Shown piece after piece: positions 46,496-55,544 of a stretch of DNA of 64,000 nucleotides (positions within the stretch are counted from its first letter, which is position 1; the number at the start of each line of letters is the position of its first letter). Made by a program: the position numbers and the translations under genes. The notes under the pieces were generated by a model that was given only the letters and a program-made list of their open reading frames with translations, ran no database searches and was not told the origin of the DNA. The DNA is from a virus. Lineage: Duplodnaviria > Caudoviricetes. The stretch lies in IMG/VR virus record IMGVR_UViG_3300021387_000796, positions 1 through 64,000 of that record; one strand, 5' to 3'.

Positions 46496-46957
46496 AACTA
46501 TCTTATATAAACATTAACTATTTATATCAGTATTGCAGATATGATAATTATGTAAAAATTTTAGGTGAATATATTGTAGACCTAAACTTTGATAAATTAT
46601 ATTAATAGGATGGTGAATTATGAATAATTTAGAAATAGCACAAAGTAAATTAAAATATTCAGACCATGAATTTTTTATTAAAGACAATAATGAAGATTTT
46701 AAATATTGGAATCAGTTATATCTTTCTTTGACTCAACTAGATAATTTGGAAGATATTATTTTTACAGTAAGACGTGCTGATTGTGGAGGAGTTATTCAAA
46801 TTGATAAAAACAAACTCTCTATTAGAGTAGATGCTGATAAAGGTAAGTTGCCTTTGTTTTGGATAGAATATGATATAATTAATGATATTATAATTTTCTT
46901 TTAATGAATGGAAATTTTTCAATTTAGTATTGTTTTATTCTTTCCTTTAATGATATA

Positions 46958-47776
46958 TTGAAGGAAAGAATTTTTTATAAATGTAGGAATAATATGGGAA
47001 TTTTAAAACCGTTTTCAGAAGTAAAATGTGATAAATGCGATTCAAATGGATTCATCGTTGGTGAGAGTTCAGCAGTGAAATGTTCATGTAGAATGAAATA
47101 TGAATATGAACTCAAAGCGAGTAATATTCTTTCCAAAAGCGGATTACTTGATGAAAACTCTACTTATGAAGATTTCAAGAAACTGATTGATTTTGATTGG
47201 TCTGATTATCGTGGAAAAGATGAAAACGGAAATCTGAAAAAGTTACAGAAATATGTAGAAGAATTTGATTCAGATAAAAAACCTTTTAAGCATTTACACT
47301 GTTATGTATGGGGTGGGCAAGGTACACAAAAGTCATACACTACAAAAGGTGTTTTGACAAAGTTGGCAATCAAGGGAAAATCAGTTTATTACATTTTCGC
47401 TAAAGATTTGATTTCTTTACTTCATGATTCTGAACGAGATGAAGAATTGAAAAAGAAGTTAGATTACATTAAAAATGTTGATGTTTTGGTAATTGATGAA
47501 TTCGAGGAACAAAGATGTTGTTTATGGCAGAGCGGATACAAGGAACGTTTGCTTATTGTTTGGTTGAAAGAACGTCTTGAAGTTGTCAGAAAGTCAACAT
47601 GGTTTATTTCAAACGATTCTATGGAGGAACAGAAAGAAAGTAAATTTGGAGAATTATTTGGTGACATGCTTGACAGGGAGACGAAATTCGGAAGATTTGA
47701 ATTTAAAGACAAGTATTCAGATTATATCACCAAGGAAGAAATAGAAGAAACCATGAAAAATATTTGGGATGATTAA
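46958..47776 (+). CDS. DnaC/IstB-like ATPase (helicase loader)
   Basis: CxxC..CxC zinc site, WGGQGTQKS Walker A and LVIDE Walker B. Start is likely ATG 46994. Confidence 0.75.
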   Translation: MKERIFYKCRNNMGILKPFSEVKCDKCDSNGFIVGESSAVKCSCRMKYEYELKASNILSKSGLLDENSTYEDFKKLIDFDWSDYRGKDENGNLKKLQKYVEEFDSDKKPFKHLHCYVWGGQGTQKSYTTKGVLTKLAIKGKSVYYIFAKDLISLLHDSERDEELKKKLDYIKNVDVLVIDEFEEQRCCLWQSGYKERLLIVWLKERLEVVRKSTWFISNDSMEEQKESKFGELFGDMLDRETKFGRFEFKDKYSDYITKEEIEETMKNIWDD

Positions 47777-47788
47777 GAGGTTATAAAA

Positions 47789-48458
47789 ATGTCAGATATT
47801 AAATTATATAACGATGATTGTATTAAATTTATGGGGGGGGGTGAAGGATAAATCTATTGATTTTATTTGCACAGACATTCCTTATGATGAAGTTAATCGA
47901 AAATCGCAAGGGTTGAGAAAATTAGATAAAACAAATGCTGATGTTTGTACATTTGATTTAGATGAGTTTTTGATTCAATGTTATAGAGTGTGTAAAGGTA
48001 GCATTTGTATATTTTGTGGAATGAAACAATTTTCAAAAATATATGATTTCTTTTCACAAAAAGAAGGAACTGTTAGATGTATTGTTTGGAAAAAAACGAA
48101 TCCTTCTCCTATGAACGGTCAACATATTTATTTAAGCGGTGCAGAACTTTGTGTTTGGTTTAAGCCTAAAGGTTGGAAAACATTTAATGCATTTTGTAAA
48201 TCAAATGTTTTTGAATATCCTTGTGGTGGAAGTAAAGTACATCCTACACAAAAAAATTTAAAATTGATAACTGAATTAATTGAAAATAATACAAATAAAG
48301 GAGATTTAATTTTGGATACTTGTATGGGAAGTGGAACTTGTGGAATTGCTTGTGCGAATACAAATAGAAACTTTATTGGAGTTGAATTAGACGAAAATTA
48401 TTACAATATTGCTAAGAAACGAATAGAAGAAAGCAATACTAATTTGTTTGATTTGTAA
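47789..48458 (+). CDS. Beta-class DNA methyltransferase frameshifted at a G9 tract (47833-47841)
   Basis: MSDIKLYNDDCIKFM then G9 and a stop. With G8 the frame joins VKDKSIDFICTDIPY...HPTQK...LDTCMGSG. Confidence 0.85.
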
Positions 48459-48469
48459 AAGGAGAAAAT

Positions 48470-49249
48470 ATGGTATATCAAGGTAGTAAAGCGAAACTAA
48501 GAAAATACATTTTACCGATTTTGCAAAATTGTATAAATGAAAATCATATTGAAAATTATTATGAACCATTCTGCGGAGGTGCAAATATGATAGACCATAT
48601 CCAATGCAAAAATAGAATTGGTTCAGATATAAATTCAGAATTGATTGAACTCTTAAAATATATGAGAGATAATCCTAATCTCGATATCTTTCCTCAAGAT
48701 TGTTCTTTTGAACATTATTCTGATGTAAGAGAAAACAGAAAGAATAAAACAAATAAATATTCTATTCCTTATACAAGCGGAATTGGATATTTTGCTAGTT
48801 TTGGCGGAAGATATTTCGATGGTGGTTATGGAAAAGACCCTAGCGGTAAAAGAAATATTTATCATGAGAGATTAGAATACGCAAAAGAACAAGCATCCTT
48901 ATTGAAAGGAATAGAATTTGGTATACATTCTTTTGAAGATTATGACCCTAATTATTTTAATCAATGTTTGTTTTATTTAGACCCACCGTACAGAGATACA
49001 AAAATTTATAATGGTAAAGATGGATTTCCTTATGATTTATTTTATGATTGGTGTAAAAAATTAGGAAAGAACAACTATGTTTTTATTTCTGAATATTATA
49101 TGCCTTCCGACTTTAAATGTATTTGGAGTAAAGAAAGAAAAATAATGCAAAAATCAGATAGAGAAAAAGGTGAAGTTGCAGTTGAAAAATTATTCACAGT
49201 TGGAAAATCAAGTAACAATAATTTGGAAAAAGGTTTGTTTGACTTGTAA
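48470..49249 (+). CDS. DNA adenine methyltransferase, Dam/D12-like
   Basis: Motifs YQGSK, EPFCGGAN and YLDPPY. Confidence 0.85.
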   Translation: MVYQGSKAKLRKYILPILQNCINENHIENYYEPFCGGANMIDHIQCKNRIGSDINSELIELLKYMRDNPNLDIFPQDCSFEHYSDVRENRKNKTNKYSIPYTSGIGYFASFGGRYFDGGYGKDPSGKRNIYHERLEYAKEQASLLKGIEFGIHSFEDYDPNYFNQCLFYLDPPYRDTKIYNGKDGFPYDLFYDWCKKLGKNNYVFISEYYMPSDFKCIWSKERKIMQKSDREKGEVAVEKLFTVGKSSNNNLEKGLFDL

Positions 49250-49369
49250 GGAAATTGTATGAATCACGATGTTTTGATTATTTTAATTTTATTATTGACT
49301 TCTTTCGGATTGGGTTATATTTTTGGTAAATCTAAAAAGAAATAGATTATATTTATATGGAGGAAATAT

Positions 49370-49813
49370 ATGATTAAATTTCATGAAGTAATTGAACCTA
49401 TGCAGAAAGTTGAAGGAGAAACTTCTCTACCTAGACGTGCTACAAAAGGTAGCGGTGCGTATGACTTTTATGCAAAGACAAATTACACAGTAAAGCCAAA
49501 TGAAATTGTAAAGATTTGGACTGATGTTTGTGCTGAAATGGATGAAGATAAAGTGTTACTTATAAACATTCGTTCTTCCATGGGTTCGACTTGGAATCTT
49601 ATCAATGAGCAAGGTTGGGTGGATAGTGACTATATCAATGCCACAAACGGGGGCAATATAGGCATTTTCTTACAGAATAAAACTAATGAAGTTCAGACGA
49701 TTAATAAGGGTGATAGAATTGGACAAGGTATGTTTGTTTCTTATTTTACTACTGTTGATGATGAACCTATCAGCGAAGAACGTACTGGCGGATATGGAAG
49801 TACAGGAAAATAA
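49370..49813 (+). CDS. dut: Trimeric dUTPase
   Basis: Motifs GSGAYD, RSS, GWVDSDY, GDRIGQ and RTGGYGSTG. Confidence 0.93.
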   Translation: MIKFHEVIEPMQKVEGETSLPRRATKGSGAYDFYAKTNYTVKPNEIVKIWTDVCAEMDEDKVLLINIRSSMGSTWNLINEQGWVDSDYINATNGGNIGIFLQNKTNEVQTINKGDRIGQGMFVSYFTTVDDEPISEERTGGYGSTGK

Positions 49814-49940
49814 TTAAAAATATTTTTAGATTTATGTTGACAAATTACATAAATCTATCTATATTAAGATTATAGGTCGTTGACCAAAGAATAAATTTAC
49901 CGTGAAGTGCTACATATGATTGTAGTCGAGGAGAAAAATT

Positions 49941-51323
49941 ATGGCAGAAATGACTGCGGAAGAAAAAGCAAAGGCTCGCTTGGCAAAGTTCCAAGAAGCA
50001 AAAAAGAAGGCTGAGGAAGCCAAACAACATGGGGATTTTCCAAAGGAAGATGTTCCTGATTTCAAAACATGTGTACTCAAAAAGGACCAAGCCAAAATCA
50101 TTAGATTGTTAGGCAATTCACCACTCATGCGTGAATCGGTTTATGACCCTCTTATTGTAAAACGTGCGTTCGTTAAAACTGATGATGATAAATGGACTAC
50201 AATTATCATGTCTGAGGACCGTGACCATCCTGTAAATAAGTTATGGCGAACAATTATTGGTAAGTATAAGTATGACAAAGAAAATAAGACAAAAAATTTC
50301 GAAAACAAAGGTAAACCTTCTTTTGAAAGATTTATCAGAAATGGTAAGAAAGTAGAAGATTGTTTGGCTTCAGAAAAAGGTATGATGACAGATACATTCT
50401 ATCTGTTTAATTGTTTGGACCGCACAGATTCATGGTGCGAGGAAAATAAGCATACCAAACTTCTCTGTTGGGATTCTACAACTAAAGAAGTTGATGGAAA
50501 GACTGTTGAATATCCAACATATGGAATCAAACCAAGTCTTTATAACAATATTTTCGATGAACAGTGTACTGCTCTTAATCGCATGTATGATGAATTTGAT
50601 GTAGTCGTAAAGCGTTTGAGCAAGAAACTTGGTGAATCTTGGATTCAGATTTTCTCACCTGAAGAAAAGTCAAAGATTTCACAGATTGGATTAGACCCAA
50701 ATAAAGTAACTATGAATTATCTCACAGAAGATGAGGAAAATTATGAGAAATATAAGTTGGAAGATATACCTTTTATTTCTCGTCCAACATCAGCATCTTA
50801 TGTAAACAAGGTGCTTGGTAAACTCATCAAGCAAGCAGATATTGATTTTGGTACTAATCTTCAGAGTGATTTTGCTGAATGGATTGAAAAAGAGAAGAAA
50901 GAATGGGAAGCCAAGAAAGCCGAAACAAAGGAAAGTGAACCAACAGAAGATGCTTCTACAGAAGTAGAATCAGAAGATGAAGAAGTTACAGAAGAAACAC
51001 CAAGTTTTGATTCTATGAAAACTGTTGAAACAGAATCTTCAGAAGACGATGAACTTCCGAGTGAGGTTGAAGAACCTACACCGACAGTAACAAAGAAAGT
51101 TGTAAAAACTGCAAAAACTGTTTTTGACCCACTTTCTCTCAAATCAGAATTTCCTTACATTGATAAATTGAGAGCCGAAGATTTAGCACTCATTACAGGT
51201 TATAATTCTGAAACTAGCGAACTGACATTTAAGGAAGGAACTGACCTCGCCGAATGTCCTTGCGGATGCACGATTGCTGACCCATTCCAGTCTTGCCCTA
51301 AATGTGGTGCGGTTTTTGGTTAA
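49941..51323 (+). CDS. Putative single-stranded DNA-binding protein with acidic linker and C-terminal Zn ribbon
   Basis: Replication context, IIRLLG start reminiscent of gp32-like SSBs, a long acidic tract and CPC..CPKC. Confidence 0.5.
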   Translation: MAEMTAEEKAKARLAKFQEAKKKAEEAKQHGDFPKEDVPDFKTCVLKKDQAKIIRLLGNSPLMRESVYDPLIVKRAFVKTDDDKWTTIIMSEDRDHPVNKLWRTIIGKYKYDKENKTKNFENKGKPSFERFIRNGKKVEDCLASEKGMMTDTFYLFNCLDRTDSWCEENKHTKLLCWDSTTKEVDGKTVEYPTYGIKPSLYNNIFDEQCTALNRMYDEFDVVVKRLSKKLGESWIQIFSPEEKSKISQIGLDPNKVTMNYLTEDEENYEKYKLEDIPFISRPTSASYVNKVLGKLIKQADIDFGTNLQSDFAEWIEKEKKEWEAKKAETKESEPTEDASTEVESEDEEVTEETPSFDSMKTVETESSEDDELPSEVEEPTPTVTKKVVKTAKTVFDPLSLKSEFPYIDKLRAEDLALITGYNSETSELTFKEGTDLAECPCGCTIADPFQSCPKCGAVFG

Positions 51324-51438
51324 TAATAACTAATTATGAATAATTAAAGGAACGAGATTATTTCTCGTTCCTTTTTTATTTCAATATTGATAAACAGAAC
51401 TATTTATTTTATATTTGTGTTGTATGGAGGAATTTTCT

Positions 51439-51780
51439 ATGGAATATCTTTTGCAGAACACTAAGGTGTTTGTGATTTTGTACATTGTTTCAATTGTATG
51501 TACAATTATGTTTTCAGAAATTGTGAAAAAGTTCGACAAAAATGATAAACTTAAAGGCTACAAAGTTTGGTTGCCTTTTATCTTTTCTTGCGGATTCTCA
51601 GTAGCACTTAAATTTGTTTTTAAAGTTGATTGGATGCTTATGATTTTCATCGAAGGAAGTATGTTTGGATTTTCTGTATTTGGATATGAAGTTATTTTGA
51701 AGTCTATTAATAAACTTATTTGTAAAGCATCAGAAAAGATTGAAAATATATTTGAAAACATATTTAAAAAATCTGAATAA
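51439..51780 (+). CDS. Holin-like membrane protein
   Basis: Three hydrophobic segments and a basic C-terminus. Confidence 0.5.
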   Translation: MEYLLQNTKVFVILYIVSIVCTIMFSEIVKKFDKNDKLKGYKVWLPFIFSCGFSVALKFVFKVDWMLMIFIEGSMFGFSVFGYEVILKSINKLICKASEKIENIFENIFKKSE

Positions 51781-51852
51781 AATAGGCGGTTTAAAATAAC
51801 TATTTACATCGTCTGCATAAGTAGACGATTTTAAATTTATGGAGATGGAATT

Positions 51853-52017
51853 ATGACAATAAAACTTACAAAACCTTATATACTAGAGGGTAGGAAATTC
51901 TGCGAGGGAACTGAATTGGTAATTGCTTCTGACGGTGAAACAGAAGAAGTAAATACAACTGCGGATGAACCTGAAAAAGAAACAGATTTCGGAATCGTGC
52001 CAAACGAAGAAAAATAA
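51853..52017 (+). CDS. Unlisted 54-aa putative late protein MTIKLTKPYILEGRKFCEG...
   Basis: GGAG SD and TAACTAT upstream. Motif shared with 19000 and 12148. Confidence 0.6.
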   Translation: MTIKLTKPYILEGRKFCEGTELVIASDGETEEVNTTADEPEKETDFGIVPNEEK

Positions 52018-52522
52018 ATACAATTTGGATTTATATGGAGGAATTATATGAAAGAATTACCAAAGACATTTTATAATGCTAAAAGAGAATTTGAGAAGTC
52101 CTTTAATTTTGCAATATCCAAAGCAAAAGATGAAAATAAAGATAAAGAACTTGAAAACTATGCCGTTTTATTTGCATTGATTCAAGAGTTTAATAATTTC
52201 TTATTCAAATACGAAGAAGAAGTTTCAGTTGCATTGAAAGACCGAATGGATGATTTGAAGAAATATAAAGTTTTTCTTTCAGATTTTGAGAAAAAGGTAC
52301 ATTATGATGATGAAGCGTCTTGGTTGTTTGTATCAGATATGAATTCAAAAGACTATGCAGAACTTACTAAAATACAAAATGATGAATTTTTGAGAAAAAG
52401 AGCAGAAAATAAAGTTTTGAACGGAGATTTTTAATAAAATCACTAGACAATTTTTATTTATTATGATAATGTAAAACTACAGATTTTCAAGGTCTGTAGT
52501 TTTTATTTATAAGGATAAATAT

Positions 52523-53944
52523 ATGAAAACAATCGAAGAACTAAAAGAACATTTTGAAGGTATTGAATTTTCAGACAAGTATATGGAAATTCTGAAATAT
52601 ATAAGGGAAGATGAGAATGCTAAACTCTCAATTCAAGGGAATGCTGGGTCAGGCAAGTCAACACTGCTTAAAATCATCAATTATATGTTTTCTGACGATG
52701 TTGAAAACAAGAGAATGAATGTTGCAATTGCTTCTTCCACAGGTGTCGCAAGTGCTTTGTTGAATAATGGAACAAATCTTGGTGCTACAACTATTCACTC
52801 GTTATTTCGCCTAAAACCAATTGACATTTTTGGTGCATTTACAAACTCTTCTTATTCACAGAAAGATTTGATTGGAAATATTGATTGCTTTATTTTTGAT
52901 GAAGTTTCTATGGTCAGTTGTGATATGTTCGATTATATAATGTCCATTATTCGTGTATGTCGAAGAGGAAAACCAACAAGAGTTATTTTGTTCGGGGACT
53001 GCTTGCAACTTCAATGTGTTGTTAAAATGGACGACCCTCAAGTAAAAGATTATTATATGACAAATTATAATGGAAATGTAGAATTCTTCTCATCGTTTGC
53101 ATTTAAGGATATGGGATTTGCTACGTTCTTGCTTACAAAAATATATCGTCAAAACGATACTGATGAAAAATTTAAAGATGTCTTGAATAGAATTCGTGTA
53201 TGTGAACAAACACAAGCCGACCTTGATTATTTGAATCAAAGGGTTATGAGTGAAGAAGATTATATTATGCAAAATGAATCTTTTTTGAGAATTGTGTCTA
53301 CAAACAAAGATGTGCAAAAATATAATCAGATTGCTTTGGACGCTATTGATGGAAAATTTATTTGTCTTACTGCTAAAATCAGCGGTAATTTCCGTGAAAC
53401 TTCAGAGTTTAAAAATGGTTTCTTTGCTGAAAAGATTTGGGTAAAAATCGGTTGTCCTGTTATGATTTTACGCAACGCATCTCCAAATGAAAATGGAATT
53501 CGTGATTATTATAACGGTAGTATGGGAACATTGATTTCTTGTAACGATGATTATGCTATTGTAGATTTGGGTGATAGAGAAGTAAAAGTTGAACGTTCAG
53601 TAACAAATAATTATGAATATGAACTTGTAGAAGAAAACGGACACACTGCCGTAAAAAGTAAAATAACAGGTTCTTATGATAATATCATGATTAAAGTTTG
53701 CAGTGCTTCAACTATTCATAAGACACAAGGACTTACACTTTCGAGAGCATATATAGACTATGGTAATTGGCTCCCAGATAATGGTTTGTATGTTGCTTTA
53801 AGTAGATTCCGTTCTATCAAGGATTTCGGGTTAGCAAAGCCTATAAAAATGCGAGATATTCACGCTACACAAGAAAGTCTAAATTATGTGAAAAATAATG
53901 AATTTTTTGAAAATGTGTATAATGAGATGTTTGGAAAAGATTAA
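52523..53944 (+). CDS. PIF1/RecD-like SF1B helicase
   Basis: Motifs GNAGSGKS, TIHSLF, DEVSM, GDCLQL, YRQ, TIHKTQG and YVALSR. Confidence 0.92.
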   Translation: MKTIEELKEHFEGIEFSDKYMEILKYIREDENAKLSIQGNAGSGKSTLLKIINYMFSDDVENKRMNVAIASSTGVASALLNNGTNLGATTIHSLFRLKPIDIFGAFTNSSYSQKDLIGNIDCFIFDEVSMVSCDMFDYIMSIIRVCRRGKPTRVILFGDCLQLQCVVKMDDPQVKDYYMTNYNGNVEFFSSFAFKDMGFATFLLTKIYRQNDTDEKFKDVLNRIRVCEQTQADLDYLNQRVMSEEDYIMQNESFLRIVSTNKDVQKYNQIALDAIDGKFICLTAKISGNFRETSEFKNGFFAEKIWVKIGCPVMILRNASPNENGIRDYYNGSMGTLISCNDDYAIVDLGDREVKVERSVTNNYEYELVEENGHTAVKSKITGSYDNIMIKVCSASTIHKTQGLTLSRAYIDYGNWLPDNGLYVALSRFRSIKDFGLAKPIKMRDIHATQESLNYVKNNEFFENVYNEMFGKD

Positions 53945-53992
53945 AATAAAACAATATTGATTTTAACAAAACATAACTATATTATTTAATTG

Positions 53993-54072
53993 ATAAGCGA
54001 GATGTATTTCAAGTTGGTGCTTGAATTGACAGAATTCCTAATCTCATTTTGTCACATCTCGTTTATTTTTTT
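53993..54072 (+). ncRNA. Putative three-way-junction regulatory RNA, copy 2
   Basis: Promoter TTGATT-17-TATTAT (53957-85). 13-bp closing stem, loops TTGGTG and TCCTAATCTC, then a T-run. Confidence 0.8.
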
Positions 54073-54160
54073 AACTATCTATTCTGAACATTAACTATTT
54101 TAATGTGAAAGTCGCACCAACGACTTTAAAGGTAAAATTATTTTATAGGAGATTAGGATT

Positions 54161-55495
54161 ATGAATTCATTAACTCGAATGATGTCTTACGACAAGGCAA
54201 AAAGTAAAAATCAAGAACAGTGTAATTGTGTAGAATGTGTTTCTGTTGAAAATGCAGAATTAAAAAATCAAACGATTGAATACCCAAAATTATCGGAAGA
54301 AGAAATCGAACAAATTATTAATGAAATATATTCTTATAAAGATGAAAAGACAAAAACTTTTATTAGAAAAGCATTAAGAATTCATGGTAATAGATATGAT
54401 TATTCAAATGCTGTTTATGTGAATACTAAAATAAAAATTGAAATAATTTGTAAAATAAATAATCATAAAAATTTTTTGCAACGACCGAATGACCATTTGA
54501 AAGGTTGTGGATGTAAAGAATGTGCTAAAAAATATTTTGGTGCAAGTAAAAGATTAACATTGGAAGAATTTATAAAAAAATCAAACGAAATACAAGGTGA
54601 AGGGAGATATGATTATTCGAAAGTTGAATATAAAAATACGAATACTAAAGTATGTATAATTTGCAATAATCACGATGAACCTTATGAATTTTGGCAAACT
54701 CCTAGCAATCATTTAAACGGACACGGTTGCCCAAAATGTGCAAGAATTGAAAAATTAACCTTGAAAGAATTTATTGAAAAAGCGAACAGAGTTCATGGTG
54801 TAGGAACTTATGATTATTCTGAATCAAAATATATTAACACAATAACTCCTATTAAAATAATTTGTTTAATTCATGGTGGTTTTTGGCAGACACCCAATGT
54901 TCATTTAGGTGGAAGTGGATGTCCTAAATGTGCAAATGAACTTGTACATGAACGACAAAAATTAACCTTGAAAGAATTTATCGAAAAAGCAAATGAGGTA
55001 CAAGGGATTGGAAGATATGATTATTCAAAAGTAAAATATATAAATGCACATACTAAAGTAATTATAATTTGTCCGAAGCATGGTGAATTTTCTCAATTAC
55101 CTTATGCTCATTTAAAAGGACGAGGATGTATGTTATGTTGTGAAAAATCAAAAGGTGAAACAAAAATTAGAATATTTTTAATTAATAACAACATATCATT
55201 TGAACAAGAAAAACGATTTAAAGAATGTAGAGATAAAAATCCACTACCTTTCGATTTTTATTTACCGCAATATAATTTATGTATTGAATTTGACGGTGAA
55301 CAACATTTCAAACCATTCGCTTTTAATTCTAGGAAAGTAAGTGATGATATAAAATTAGAAAATCTCAAAAAGGTTCAAAAACATGACCAAATGAAAAATG
55401 ATTATTGTAAAAAGAACGGAATTACTCTTTTGAGAATTAACGATATTAGAAAAATTAATAAAATATTGAATGATTATTTTAAGATAAAAAATTAG
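54161..55495 (+). CDS. Free-standing endonuclease, paralog of 14179 (DUF723-like repeats plus PD-(D/E)xK/Vsr-like domain)
   Basis: Same N-terminal RMMSYDK, four YDYS repeats and LPFDFYLP..NLCIEFDGEQHF. Confidence 0.8.
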   Translation: MNSLTRMMSYDKAKSKNQEQCNCVECVSVENAELKNQTIEYPKLSEEEIEQIINEIYSYKDEKTKTFIRKALRIHGNRYDYSNAVYVNTKIKIEIICKINNHKNFLQRPNDHLKGCGCKECAKKYFGASKRLTLEEFIKKSNEIQGEGRYDYSKVEYKNTNTKVCIICNNHDEPYEFWQTPSNHLNGHGCPKCARIEKLTLKEFIEKANRVHGVGTYDYSESKYINTITPIKIICLIHGGFWQTPNVHLGGSGCPKCANELVHERQKLTLKEFIEKANEVQGIGRYDYSKVKYINAHTKVIIICPKHGEFSQLPYAHLKGRGCMLCCEKSKGETKIRIFLINNNISFEQEKRFKECRDKNPLPFDFYLPQYNLCIEFDGEQHFKPFAFNSRKVSDDIKLENLKKVQKHDQMKNDYCKKNGITLLRINDIRKINKILNDYFKIKN

Positions 55496-55511
55496 AGAAA
55501 TTAAAAAAAAC

Positions 55512-55540
55512 AAACCCTAGACTCAACATCTAGGGTTTTT
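55512..55540. terminator. Bidirectional terminator
   Basis: AAACCCTAGA-ctcaaca-TCTAGGGTTT between convergent genes. Confidence 0.75.
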
Positions 55541-55544
55541 CTAA

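Noticed and set aside
47814-47832. Track start MIVLNLW for the MTase
   Set aside because: No SD. The real N-terminus is in another frame at 47789 and matches the paralog at 5893.
14030-54072. Junction RNAs as tRNAs, CRISPR repeats or TnpB/IscB guide RNAs
   Set aside because: They have only two arms, no T-loop or CCA end, and no repeat-spacer array. The adjacent proteins lack RuvC motifs, and the complementarity points to their own leaders.
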